A DNA stretch of 64,000 nt from Bacteroidia bacterium (GTDB taxonomy: Bacteria > Bacteroidota > Bacteroidia > J057). Below the pieces are notes generated by a model that worked only from the letters and a program-made list of their open reading frames with translations, was not told the origin of the DNA and made no database searches. Numbering within the stretch: the first letter of the stretch is position 1; each line of letters begins with the position of its first letter. The position numbers and the translations under genes are program-made. This document shows, piece after piece, positions 1 through 9,814 of the stretch. The DNA lies in the NCBI GenBank assembly GCA_030430205.1, contig JAUIGE010000019.1, forward strand, positions 69,928-133,927. Reading direction: 5' to 3'.

Positions 1-1
1 C

Positions 2-973
2 ATGCAGCTAGACGTAATTGAAGAAAAGGATTTGAAAATGGGCAAAGCCAACCAGGAGGTTTTTTCAAAAACCATGGAGGAATTGGCTGCCACAGATAGG
101 CATATTATTGCCGTAACCAGTGATTCCCGTGGTTCTGGGAAATTGGTTCCTTTTGGACAAAAATACCCCAATCAGATCGTAGAAGTGGGGATCGCCGAGC
201 AGAACCTCGTGGGGGTAGCTGCAGGCTTAGCCTCTGCCGGCAAAAAGACTTTTGCCGTTTCTCCTGCCTGTTTCCTCACAGCCCGATCCCTTGAACAAAT
301 CAAAAATGACGTAGCATATTCGGACAATCCCGTGACATTGGTCGGGATCAGTGCCGGCGTGAGTTATGGTACCCTGGGCACCACACACCACAGCCTGCAC
401 GACTATGCCGTGATGCGGGCCATCAATAACCTGATCATCGTCGCTCCGGCAGATAATTTTGAGACAGAGCAGGCGGTACGCCTCGCTGCGGCTTTGAATA
501 AGCCGCTTTATATGCGACTGGGCAAAAAGGCCATGCCTTTTCTAAGCGAATCCAATCATAGCTTTGAACTCGGCAAAGGCCGCATCGTGCGTGAAGGAGA
601 AGACATGGCGATCATCGCCACAGGCGAAACAGTCTACCCTGCATGGAAGGCAGCGAAATCCCTGGAGGAAAAGTATGGCGTGAATGCCGCCGTCATCAGC
701 ATGCACACCATCAAACCCCTGGATACAGATTTACTGGATAAACTCGCCACTAAGGGCAACCCCATTATCACCGTAGAAGAGCACATGGTAAATGGAGGCC
801 TCGGAGAAGCTTGCGCTTCCTACCTTTTCCAAAAAGGCGCAAGAAATCCTTTTCATATCATGGCCATACCTGACGAGTACACCGTTACGGGTTCCCAGTT
901 GGAAATCTTTACCCACTACGGCATATCAAGAAAGGGTATCCTTGAAAAATCCATTGAACTATTGAAATTATAA
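2..973 (+). CDS. Transketolase family protein, C-terminal (Pyr/C-terminal domain) subunit of a split transketolase
   Basis: 323-aa ORF with [16 protein letters not shown] and GTTHHSLHD motifs typical of the pyrimidine-binding half of transketolase. The TPP-binding N subunit is expected just upstream of the window. The start lies at the window edge, so it is uncertain. Confidence 0.85.
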   Translation: MQLDVIEEKDLKMGKANQEVFSKTMEELAATDRHIIAVTSDSRGSGKLVPFGQKYPNQIVEVGIAEQNLVGVAAGLASAGKKTFAVSPACFLTARSLEQIKNDVAYSDNPVTLVGISAGVSYGTLGTTHHSLHDYAVMRAINNLIIVAPADNFETEQAVRLAAALNKPLYMRLGKKAMPFLSESNHSFELGKGRIVREGEDMAIIATGETVYPAWKAAKSLEEKYGVNAAVISMHTIKPLDTDLLDKLATKGNPIITVEEHMVNGGLGEACASYLFQKGARNPFHIMAIPDEYTVTGSQLEIFTHYGISRKGILEKSIELLKL

Positions 974-989
974 CCATCATTCTTTTGCG

Positions 990-1943
990 ATGCAGCTATT
1001 CACAATCCGTCTATTGTATGTTTTGATCGCTGTTGCCACGTTAGCCGGCTGTGGTGAGCAAAAGGGGAAATCTCCTGATCAGTCCCAAAAAGTGGCGGTG
1101 ATTATTTCCACCCTCAACAATCCCTGGTTTGTGGTGTTGGCTGAGACAGCCGCCAATCGTGCCAGAGAATTGGGATATGAGGCTACCATTTTTGATTCGC
1201 AGAATAATACAGCCCTGGAGACCGATCATTTTGAAAATGCCATTGCTTCGGGATTTGATGCCGTCCTGTTCAATCCTACGGATGCGGATGGCTCCATCGC
1301 CAACGTCAGAATGGCCAAAAAGGCAGGCATCCCTGTCTTTTGCATGGATCGTGAAGTGAATGCCACCGATGCGGCTACCAGTCAAATCCTTTCAGATAGC
1401 TACGCAGGCTGTGTGGCTATCGGCAAATATTTCGTGGAGAAACTCCATAAACAGGGCAAATACGTCGAAATCCTGGGATTGGTCGGCGACAACAATACCT
1501 GGAGCCGCTCCAAAGGCTTTCACTCGGTAGTAGATCACTACCCAGATCTGAAAATGGCCGCTCAGCAAAGTGCGGATTTTGACAGAAACAAAGCCATGGA
1601 AGTGATGGAGTCCATCCTACAGGTTCACCCCGATATCAAAGGCGTATTTTGTGGAAATGACGGCATGGCCATGGGAGCCTACCAGGCCCTGGTCGCCGCC
1701 GGAAAAGCAGAAAAAGTCATGGTCTTTGGATTTGATGGGGCAGGTGATGTAATCACCTCCATTCAACAAAAAAAGATCCTCGCCACGGGCATGCAATTTC
1801 CAAAACTGATGGCCAAAACCGCCGCCAACTACGCCCATGCATATTTTCATGGCAAAAGAGACTTTGCCCAGAAGGTTCCCGTCACGGTAGAAATGGTCAA
1901 CCAGGAAAATGTGCATGAATACGTTGCCTACGGAAGTGAATGA
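990..1943 (+). CDS. Sugar ABC transporter substrate-binding lipoprotein, RbsB/CUT2 family
   Basis: 317 aa with a lipoprotein signal (ATLAGC) and a periplasmic-binding-protein type I pattern ([17 protein letters not shown]). It sits in an operon with a CUT2 ATPase and permease. Confidence 0.85.
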   Translation: MQLFTIRLLYVLIAVATLAGCGEQKGKSPDQSQKVAVIISTLNNPWFVVLAETAANRARELGYEATIFDSQNNTALETDHFENAIASGFDAVLFNPTDADGSIANVRMAKKAGIPVFCMDREVNATDAATSQILSDSYAGCVAIGKYFVEKLHKQGKYVEILGLVGDNNTWSRSKGFHSVVDHYPDLKMAAQQSADFDRNKAMEVMESILQVHPDIKGVFCGNDGMAMGAYQALVAAGKAEKVMVFGFDGAGDVITSIQQKKILATGMQFPKLMAKTAANYAHAYFHGKRDFAQKVPVTVEMVNQENVHEYVAYGSE

Positions 1944-2569
1944 TCATGATGAAAACAGGAGTTAAATACGCCGTGGGAGTAGTTATCGCAGGCATTGCGG
2001 TATACAATTCCCTCTATTTTCGTCCTTTGGACGAAAAACTGGCCGAAGGGCAGGAAATCGCTTTTGATGCAACAGCCCTCGTGGAAGAGATGTGGGGAAA
2101 TGAGTTGCTGGCCGTCTATGATTCAGCAACGGACATCAGGGTGCTATTGGAACGGCTGAAAAGCGATCCTGAATCCACTTTTGAGCAGGAAGCTCAGGCG
2201 CTGGGGATTGGCAATATTGGCTATTTCAAAGTGAAAGGAGAAGGGAAAGTCCTGGAGCTAAATGAAAACAATGTGCTGCTTCAACTGGGAGACCAAAGCA
2301 TAGAAATTGAAACAGAATTCATTTTCGGAAATGCTGTCCGCGATGCTTCCGGACTTATCCGGATCAATGACTATGACGAAACATCCGATTTCAATTCTAT
2401 CTCCGAAGCGATCAATGATAAAATCAGAAAGGAGGTCATTCCCGCTTTTAGGGCAAAGGTTTCAACGGAAAATACCGTGAGCTTTAAAGGTGCGCTTGAG
2501 TTGAACAAAGCCCATCTGAACCTGAGCCAGATAGAAGTGATTCCGGTTTCCCTTCAAATCCTCCCATAA
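1940..2569 (+). CDS. DUF2291-like membrane-anchored periplasmic protein accompanying CUT2 sugar transporters
   Basis: 209 aa with an N-terminal hydrophobic anchor. Its start overlaps the SBP stop (ATGA). Position between the SBP and ATPase genes and its size match the DUF2291 family. The family call is from memory, not from a diagnostic motif. Confidence 0.55.
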   Translation: MIMMKTGVKYAVGVVIAGIAVYNSLYFRPLDEKLAEGQEIAFDATALVEEMWGNELLAVYDSATDIRVLLERLKSDPESTFEQEAQALGIGNIGYFKVKGEGKVLELNENNVLLQLGDQSIEIETEFIFGNAVRDASGLIRINDYDETSDFNSISEAINDKIRKEVIPAFRAKVSTENTVSFKGALELNKAHLNLSQIEVIPVSLQILP

Positions 2570-2570
2570 T

Positions 2571-4091
2571 ATGGAAGCGCTACTTGAAGCACAGCATATC
2601 ACCAAAAAGTTTTCGGGCGTTACAGCACTCAAGCAGGTCAACCTGAGCCTGGAAAGAGGCAAAGTGACGGCTTTGATAGGGGAAAATGGGGCAGGTAAAT
2701 CCACTTTGCTCAAAATCATGTCGGGCATTTATACCGACTATGAAGGCAGCATTTCTTTCAAAGGGCAGCCCGTTCAATTTTCCAGACCGAAAGATGCACA
2801 GGACCTCGGCATCTCGATCATCCACCAGGAATTGAACCTGATTCCCTACCTCACCGTCGCCCAGAATGTATTCCTCGGGAGAGAATTAACTAATAAATGG
2901 GGCACGCTGGACAAGGGTAAGATGCGGCAAAAAACCCGCGAATTGCTGGCTAAACTCAAGTTGGAGGTGGAGCCTTCCGCCCTGCTGAGTTCGCTGAAAG
3001 TCGGACAACAGCAGATCGTAGAAATCGCAAAAGCCCTGCTGACAGAATCGGAAGTCCTTTTCATGGATGAGCCGACTTCGGCGATTGGGGATAGTGAAGT
3101 GGAAGTGCTTTTCCAGCTCATCAATCAGCTAAAAGCTGAAGGAAAATCCATCGTTTACATTTCACATAAACTCGATGAGCTTTTTGCGCTGGCAGATGAT
3201 TTTGTGGTCCTGCGCGACGGACAGCTTGTCGGAAAGGGTGAAATGAAGTCCACTTCACGCGAGGAGCTTATCAGCATGATGGCAGGGCGGGAAATCAAAG
3301 TGAACAAAAAAGCTGATAAGACAACAGCTGGCAGGCAGATGCTGCAGGTCCAAAACCTCAGCCTGAAAGATCCCAAAAATCCAGATCGCCCCTTGTTGAA
3401 AAATATCCATTTTGAGCTGAAAAAGGGAGAAGTCCTGGGGATTTATGGCCTGATGGGTGCCGGACGAACGGAATTATGCGAAAGCCTCTTTGGCCTGAAT
3501 CACCGATCCCTGACAGGATCGATCGTGCTGGACGGCGTCGAAAGCCGTTTTAAATCTCCCATCGAAGCTATTGCCTCGGGCATGGCTTTGGTTCCGGAAG
3601 ATCGCAAAAAGGATGGCATCGTCCCGGGCATGGCAGTATCTGAAAACATCAGCCTCACAGTCCTCGATAAAATCACTAAATGGGGGCTATTGAATAACAA
3701 ATTGGCGACAAAGCTTTACCATAAACACGTAGCGGCATTAAAAATAAAAGTCAATTCCGAAAAACAGCTCATCCGGAATTTAAGCGGCGGCAACCAGCAA
3801 AAAGTGGTGCTGGCAAAGTGGATTGAGCGCAATCCCAAAGTCCTCATGCTAGATGAGCCAACACGCGGGATTGACATCAATGCGAAAAATGAAATTTATG
3901 AACTCATCGCGAAGCTGGCAGCTTCAGGCATATCTGTGTTGGTTATTTCATCCGAAATACCCGAAATCCTGGCCATTTCAGATCGCATACTCGTGATGTC
4001 CGAAGGACAAATCACCGCCGAAATGAGCAGCCAGGAAGCGACCGAAAATAACATAATGCGTGCCTGTATTCCCGAAAATATGAACACATGA
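2571..4091 (+). CDS. Sugar ABC transporter ATP-binding protein (double cassette, RbsA/MglA-like)
   Basis: 506 aa with two Walker A sites (GENGAGKST, GLMGAGRTE) and an ABC signature LSGGNQQKV. Walker B sites are FMDEPT and MLDEPT. Confidence 0.92.
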   Translation: MEALLEAQHITKKFSGVTALKQVNLSLERGKVTALIGENGAGKSTLLKIMSGIYTDYEGSISFKGQPVQFSRPKDAQDLGISIIHQELNLIPYLTVAQNVFLGRELTNKWGTLDKGKMRQKTRELLAKLKLEVEPSALLSSLKVGQQQIVEIAKALLTESEVLFMDEPTSAIGDSEVEVLFQLINQLKAEGKSIVYISHKLDELFALADDFVVLRDGQLVGKGEMKSTSREELISMMAGREIKVNKKADKTTAGRQMLQVQNLSLKDPKNPDRPLLKNIHFELKKGEVLGIYGLMGAGRTELCESLFGLNHRSLTGSIVLDGVESRFKSPIEAIASGMALVPEDRKKDGIVPGMAVSENISLTVLDKITKWGLLNNKLATKLYHKHVAALKIKVNSEKQLIRNLSGGNQQKVVLAKWIERNPKVLMLDEPTRGIDINAKNEIYELIAKLAASGISVLVISSEIPEILAISDRILVMSEGQITAEMSSQEATENNIMRACIPENMNT

Positions 4092-5062
4092 TATCCCTCA
4101 AGAAATATTCACATATTGCCCAGTTTCAATCCCTGATTGCGCTGTTTTTTTTGTGCATGGCATTGGCGCTGATGACGGACAATTTCATGACCACAGACAA
4201 TTTCTGGAACGTCATGAGACAGATTTCTGTGAATGTCTGCATCTCTGTCGGGATGACGTTGGTAATTCTCACCGCAGGCATAGACCTGTCTGTGGGCTCC
4301 ATTCTGGCATTTTGTGGAGCGGTCACAGCGGGACTGTTAAAGTATGGGATCGAAATCCCTTCCGCCAATCTGTACATCGGCTTCACCGTACTGGGGGTTG
4401 TGCTGGCTGGCCTACTGGCCGGCGGCGCCATGGGCTTTATCAACGGATACGCCATCACCCGATTCAAAGTCCCTGCCTTTGTAGCTACCCTGGCTATGCT
4501 GACCATGGCTCGCGGTTTCACCATGCTATGGACAGAAGGACATCCGATCACCGGGCTGGGAGATGAGTTCGGTTTCCTCGGTACGGGCTGGTTTCTCGGC
4601 ATGCCGATGCCGGTATGGATTTCAGGAATTGTCGTGATCGCGGCAGTGATCCTAACCACCAAAACGCGTTTTGGCAGGTATATCTATGCCATCGGCGGCA
4701 ATGAAAATGCCGCAAGGCTGTCCGGTATTCCCATCAATAAAATCAAAGTATGGGTCTATGTGTTGGCAGGCATGCTCGCTGCCATCGGCGGCTTGCTGGT
4801 CACCGCAAGGCTGGACTCGGCCCAGCCCAATGCGGGCATGAGTTATGAGTTGGATGCGATAGCCGCCGTGGTTATCGGCGGGACTTCTCTGGCCGGAGGC
4901 CGGGGAACCATTTTAGGAACGGTGCTGGGAGCGATGATCATCGGCGTCCTGAATAATGGGCTTGTCCTGCTCGACGTATCGCCCTTTTGGCAACAGGTCA
5001 TTAAAGGCATCGTCATTCTGCTGGCCGTAATCATCGATAAATCGAATTCAAAAAGCGAATAA
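4088..5062 (+). CDS. Sugar ABC transporter permease (RbsC-like, CUT2)
   Basis: 324-aa polytopic hydrophobic protein. Its start overlaps the ATPase stop (ATGA). The TARLDSAQPNAG and GGTSLAGGRG motifs are typical of the BPD_transp_2 family. Confidence 0.9.
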   Translation: MISLKKYSHIAQFQSLIALFFLCMALALMTDNFMTTDNFWNVMRQISVNVCISVGMTLVILTAGIDLSVGSILAFCGAVTAGLLKYGIEIPSANLYIGFTVLGVVLAGLLAGGAMGFINGYAITRFKVPAFVATLAMLTMARGFTMLWTEGHPITGLGDEFGFLGTGWFLGMPMPVWISGIVVIAAVILTTKTRFGRYIYAIGGNENAARLSGIPINKIKVWVYVLAGMLAAIGGLLVTARLDSAQPNAGMSYELDAIAAVVIGGTSLAGGRGTILGTVLGAMIIGVLNNGLVLLDVSPFWQQVIKGIVILLAVIIDKSNSKSE

Positions 5063-5068
5063 AGCCTC

Positions 5069-6550
5069 ATGACAGCTCCCTACATCCTTGCCATAGATCA
5101 AGGGACAAGCAGCACCAAGACAATCATCTTCGATGCGCAGGGCAAAGCCCTGTACAAAGCCAGCGAAGCGCTCAAAACCCATTACCTGGAAGCTAACCGA
5201 GTGGAGCAGGAGCCAGAGGTCATTTATCAAAATGTATTAGCTTCCGTGAAAAAATGCCTCGATGGATTTCGGGCAAAAGGAGGAGATCTCAGGCTGATCA
5301 AAGCCTGCGGCATTTCGAATCAGCGGGAGACTTTTATCCTTTGGGACAAAGCCGGAAAGCCACTGTACAATGCCGTGGTCTGGCAATGCAAACGATCCAT
5401 TGAAGTCTGTGACAGACTCTCAAAGGAAGGCCTGGAGGCCAAAATTAACCAAAAGACCGGCTTAATCATTGACCCCTATTTCTCCGGTACCAAGGTGATC
5501 TGGCTCAATGAAAATGTAGCCCACATCCAGGAAGCGATCGATCAGGGGGAAGCCTTTTTTGGCAATGTCGATTCCTGGCTGCTCTATAAAATGACAGCTG
5601 GTAAGTCCTATATGACGGACTACACCAACGCTTCCCGGACCCTGTTTTTCAACCTGAAAGAGCTGAGATGGGATCGCGAATTGCTGGCGGATTTTGGCTT
5701 GTCTAAGCTGAATCTACCCGAGCTAAAGCCTTCTTCTTTTCACTTCGGGGAAACCGATCTGGAAGGCCTGCTCGATCACCCGATCAGCATCTCCGCCATG
5801 ATAGGCGATTCGCATGCCGCCGCATTTGGCGAAGGCTGCTTCGAAGCCGGCAATGCCAAAGCCACGCTGGGAACCGGTAGTTCCATCCTGATGAATATCG
5901 GTAGCGAGCCCAAAAGCTCGCTCAACGGCATGGTCACGACCATTTGCTGGAGTACCGCGGACCGCATTGATTATGCGCTGGAAGGCATCATCGTATCGGC
6001 AGGCGCTACCATTGAGTGGGTCAAAAACCAATTGGGTTTATTTGAACATACAGCTGATCTGGAGAAAATATGCTTATCATTGGATGATAATGGTGGCGTG
6101 TATATTGTTCCGGCATTTAGCGGATTGGGGGCACCGCATTGGGATATGAGCAGAAAAGCCAGCATTGAAGGTTTATCCTTTGATTCGACTAAAAGCCATA
6201 TAATCCGCGCTGCGGTTGAGTCTGTTCCTTATCAGATCAAAGATGTGATCGTGGCCATGGAAGCGGATTCAGGCACGCCGCTCACTGAGCTCAAAATTGA
6301 TGGTGGCATCACTTCCAATCAGTTTGTCGTGCAGTTTCTGGCGGATCTGCTGGAGCGAAAAGTGACCCATATCGACATTGCAGATGTTTCTGCGCTGGGA
6401 GCTGCTTATCTTGCAGGCCTCCATGCGGGTGTTTACCATAACATGGATCAACTCAAAAGCTTCAATCTGGATTCCACAAGTACGCTGGCAGGTGCAGAGG
6501 TAGATAAAGTGAAACGATCTTATGAGGGCTGGAAAAAGGTGATTGCCTGA
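5069..6550 (+). CDS. FGGY-family carbohydrate kinase (glycerol-kinase-like)
   Basis: 493 aa with AIDQGTSSTK (phosphate-1) and GISNQRETFILWD motifs as in GlpK/FGGY kinases. It is the last gene of the ABC operon. Confidence 0.85.
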   Translation: MTAPYILAIDQGTSSTKTIIFDAQGKALYKASEALKTHYLEANRVEQEPEVIYQNVLASVKKCLDGFRAKGGDLRLIKACGISNQRETFILWDKAGKPLYNAVVWQCKRSIEVCDRLSKEGLEAKINQKTGLIIDPYFSGTKVIWLNENVAHIQEAIDQGEAFFGNVDSWLLYKMTAGKSYMTDYTNASRTLFFNLKELRWDRELLADFGLSKLNLPELKPSSFHFGETDLEGLLDHPISISAMIGDSHAAAFGEGCFEAGNAKATLGTGSSILMNIGSEPKSSLNGMVTTICWSTADRIDYALEGIIVSAGATIEWVKNQLGLFEHTADLEKICLSLDDNGGVYIVPAFSGLGAPHWDMSRKASIEGLSFDSTKSHIIRAAVESVPYQIKDVIVAMEADSGTPLTELKIDGGITSNQFVVQFLADLLERKVTHIDIADVSALGAAYLAGLHAGVYHNMDQLKSFNLDSTSTLAGAEVDKVKRSYEGWKKVIA

Positions 6551-6585
6551 GGCTAAGAGGCAGATAAAAAAGATATTTGCACGAT

Positions 6586-8184
6586 ATGAAAAGATTTTAT
6601 CCCATACACACATGGATGGCTGCGCTGCTTTTTGCATGTATCCTTTTGTTCTCTACCTGTAAAAACGAAAACCCTGCTTCCCAGCAAACGATAGAATCAT
6701 CTGATTTGACAGGTGAAGAGTTGGCGAAAGTCCGTTGTGCCAGTTGTCATGCATTTCCCTCCCCCTCCCAGTTGGACAAAAATTCCTGGGAAAAAGGTGT
6801 ACTCCCGCAGATGGCTTATCGCTTTGGCATATATCCGAATAATGAGCGGGCGACTTTGATAGAAAAAGGCATAGGCGGGCAATTGATAGAAAAAGCCAAG
6901 ATTTTCCCAAAAACGCAGACTATGTCCCTGGAAGATTTTGAAAAAATCAAACAATACTATGTCGAACATGCACCGGAAAAACTACTTTTGGAACATGTTG
7001 AAAAACGGGAAGAGACAGATTTATTCCAAATTATCAACATAAAAGAACGCTTCGACCCACCCATGGGAACGATGATCCAATCGTTTCCTGAAAGGAATAG
7101 GATCATTTATTCCGATGCCAAATCCGATTATTCCTCCATTGAAATTTTAGATAATCAGTTCAAGCTCATCCAAACGCTGGCCGTTCCAAAGCCCATTTCT
7201 GACATTCATTTTTCGGGGGATACCCTGGTGGCCACGGCGATGGGACAATTTTTTCCACATGATGCGCCTTCAGGGAGTATCCTTAAAATTTTCCAAGCCC
7301 AGGGAGCTGAGGAATATTCCGGTTTTTTCAGTGAACTCAAAAATCTGCAAAGGCCGGTATGTACCGCATTTGCTGATTTAAACCAGGATGAGCAGGAAGA
7401 CATGGTAATTTGTGAATATGGTAACCAAACGGGCAATTTGACCTGGTATGAAAATACAGGAAATCGTCAGTACAAACGGCATGTATTGTTAAACCAGCCG
7501 GGTGCCTCTAAAGCCATTATTCACGATTTCAATCAGGATGGCTTAGCTGACATCATGGCGCTGATGTCACAGGGGGATGAGGGCATAGATATGTATCTGA
7601 ATTTGGGAAAAGGGCAATTTTCCAGGCAGCAGCTGTTGCGTTTTTCCCCATTATATGGCTCTGTCACCTTTTATCTGGAGGATGTAAATCAGGATGGTCA
7701 TCCGGACATTTTGTATGTCAATGGCGACAATGCCGATTATTCTATTGTAGACAAACCGTATCACGGCGCTCATATTTACCTAAATAATGGGAACAATGAA
7801 TTTTCTGAAGAATTTTTCTATCCCCTACCGGGCGCCTATGATGCCCGACTGCGGGATTTTGATGGAGACGGAGATCTGGATATGGCCGCCATTTCCTTTT
7901 TTCCCAAAGACAATCAGCCGGAAAATGGATTTGTATACCTGGAAAATATTTCCCCGGAAAAAAATGGCTTCACTTTTAAAGCCTTTTCCGTTCCCGGAAC
8001 GGCTCAGGGCAGATGGATCAAAATGGACGTCAATGATATAGACGGCGATGGTCAAATGGATATCACCTTGCTTTCTTTTACGGGCATTCAACTGGCCCAT
8101 GACAAGGCCGGACAATATAAAAAATGGACAAAAACAAGCCCTTCTATCTTGCATTTGCGGAATATGTCGCAAAGAAAAAGGTAG
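6586..8184 (+). CDS. Lipoprotein with an N-terminal CxxCH motif and an FG-GAP/VCBS beta-propeller
   Basis: The track ORF starts at TTG 6577. ATG 6586 gives a lipoprotein signal (LLFSTC). There is a single CASCH motif, then repeated D-x-N/D-x-D-G-x-x-D Ca-binding-like loops (DLNQDEQEDM, DFNQDGLADI, DVNQDGHPDI, DFDGDGDLDM, DIDGDGQMDI). Confidence 0.65.
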   Translation: MKRFYPIHTWMAALLFACILLFSTCKNENPASQQTIESSDLTGEELAKVRCASCHAFPSPSQLDKNSWEKGVLPQMAYRFGIYPNNERATLIEKGIGGQLIEKAKIFPKTQTMSLEDFEKIKQYYVEHAPEKLLLEHVEKREETDLFQIINIKERFDPPMGTMIQSFPERNRIIYSDAKSDYSSIEILDNQFKLIQTLAVPKPISDIHFSGDTLVATAMGQFFPHDAPSGSILKIFQAQGAEEYSGFFSELKNLQRPVCTAFADLNQDEQEDMVICEYGNQTGNLTWYENTGNRQYKRHVLLNQPGASKAIIHDFNQDGLADIMALMSQGDEGIDMYLNLGKGQFSRQQLLRFSPLYGSVTFYLEDVNQDGHPDILYVNGDNADYSIVDKPYHGAHIYLNNGNNEFSEEFFYPLPGAYDARLRDFDGDGDLDMAAISFFPKDNQPENGFVYLENISPEKNGFTFKAFSVPGTAQGRWIKMDVNDIDGDGQMDITLLSFTGIQLAHDKAGQYKKWTKTSPSILHLRNMSQRKR

Positions 8185-8203
8185 GCATCAGAAAATGCCT
8201 ACC
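8180..8203 (-). terminator. Hairpin between convergent genes, probable terminator of the susCD transcript
   Basis: A 9-bp stem ggtaggcat/atgcctacc with a 6-nt loop. On the minus strand it is followed by ctttttcttt. It overlaps the stop codon of the plus-strand gene. Confidence 0.55.
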
Positions 8204-8231
8204 CTCCAATTATTAACTTTCAAACTATGTC

Positions 8232-9797
8232 TTAGTAACCCGAACTTTGTGTCAATTTGGGGTTTCTATCTATTGCTGTCTGCGGTATCGGGAATATGGT
8301 ATTCCATGGATCCAGCTCATAATTATAATGAGTTCCCGGCTGATAGCGGGCAATGTTATCCAATAAAGCCTGGTCGGGTGTAAATACACTTCCATCATCC
8401 CTATACATAGGCGGGATGCTATAAGTCTGGTAGGCAGTTTTGTTTGCAATAAGCTTACCCTGGCGAACCAACTCTTCATAATCCTGCCCCTCAAAGCAGA
8501 GTTCTTTTCTGAACTCGAGATAGATAGAATCCCTGAGTTGTTCTTTTGACAGCCCTGCCAGATCAGGCAAACCAGCCCTTGTGCGGACTCTGTTTACATA
8601 TTGGTAGGCAAGCTCAGAAGCTCCACTTTCATTGCAGGCTTCCGCTGCAACCAATAAAACATCCGCAAACCTTAGCACCTTTATGTTATATGCCATACCA
8701 TCGGCGATCTTGTTAAAAGGATCCCTGTATTTGTTGATATGCGGAGCGGGATAACGGTTTTCATGCCATTGAATGGTAGAATCCCCACTTGGTGCAGGAT
8801 ACTCTGTCAACCAGGTAGCTGGTTTTCTTTTGTCATCGTTGGTGAATTGGTTAAACCACCAGATACTACCGATGATGGTTCCCCACTGCCCAGGTCCATA
8901 ACCACTGTTATTGGGTTCGTAATTGTTGCCCAGCTGATGACCTTGTGGAGAAATGCCTGTGTACTGGACTTCGAAAATGCTTTCGATATTATTGTCCCGG
9001 TCACCATTTCCAGTCCACCAATTGTCAGCCGGATCAGGCATCAGATCCAGCCCGCTTGGAGAGTTGATTACCGCCTCAGCATTCATTTTCGCATTGGCCC
9101 AATCTTTCCGATACAATTGTACTTTGGCCAATAGCCCTTGCGCTGCTTCGAGGGAAGCCCGGCCAGCATCACCACTACCATATTCGGTAATATTGGGCAG
9201 AGAGCGCATGGCATCAGTCAAATCCGCAATTATCTGGGTATAGACTTCGTCTGCGCTACTTCTGGTAACCTGAAGCTCGGATATAACTGAGGTACTTGTT
9301 TCATGCAAAATGAGTGGCACGCCCCCCCATCTTCTTACCATATTGAAATAGGTTAATGCCCGCAAAAATTTTGCCTCTCCTACAACCCGATCTCTCAGAT
9401 CAGCATCGATATTCTCAATTCCAGGGACATTGTCTATCACTGCATTGGCACGGTTTATCGCCTGCCATACGGCACCCCAGGTTGCGATATTGTATCGCTC
9501 GTTTACGAGCATGCCTGCATCATTGAGCTGAATGATGGCGGCCCGATCCGAAGTACTACCTAATCGCGAAAAACATCCATCGCCAGCCAGTGTACTGGAG
9601 GTCATCCAATACCTCGAGTAGTAATCATTCACATTGAGGGCAGCGTATGCGCCATTTACCGCGACGATGGCATCTTCTGCATTATTGTAAAAGTTTGCAG
9701 GAGAGATGGAGTCCCTGGGAACCTCATCAAGAAAACCTTCACAAGAGCTTAATACAAGCCCTATGCAAATCAGTATTATATATCTTACAATTTTCAT
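8232..9797 (-). CDS. SusD/RagB family nutrient-binding outer-membrane lipoprotein
   Basis: 521 aa with a lipoprotein signal (LVLSSC). It lies immediately downstream of the SusC-like gene (17-bp gap). The sequence has overall RagB/SusD character. Confidence 0.85.
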   Translation of the reverse strand: MKIVRYIILICIGLVLSSCEGFLDEVPRDSISPANFYNNAEDAIVAVNGAYAALNVNDYYSRYWMTSSTLAGDGCFSRLGSTSDRAAIIQLNDAGMLVNERYNIATWGAVWQAINRANAVIDNVPGIENIDADLRDRVVGEAKFLRALTYFNMVRRWGGVPLILHETSTSVISELQVTRSSADEVYTQIIADLTDAMRSLPNITEYGSGDAGRASLEAAQGLLAKVQLYRKDWANAKMNAEAVINSPSGLDLMPDPADNWWTGNGDRDNNIESIFEVQYTGISPQGHQLGNNYEPNNSGYGPGQWGTIIGSIWWFNQFTNDDKRKPATWLTEYPAPSGDSTIQWHENRYPAPHINKYRDPFNKIADGMAYNIKVLRFADVLLVAAEACNESGASELAYQYVNRVRTRAGLPDLAGLSKEQLRDSIYLEFRKELCFEGQDYEELVRQGKLIANKTAYQTYSIPPMYRDDGSVFTPDQALLDNIARYQPGTHYNYELDPWNTIFPIPQTAIDRNPKLTQSSGY

Positions 9798-9814
9798 GTT
9801 ATCAATTTTTTAGC

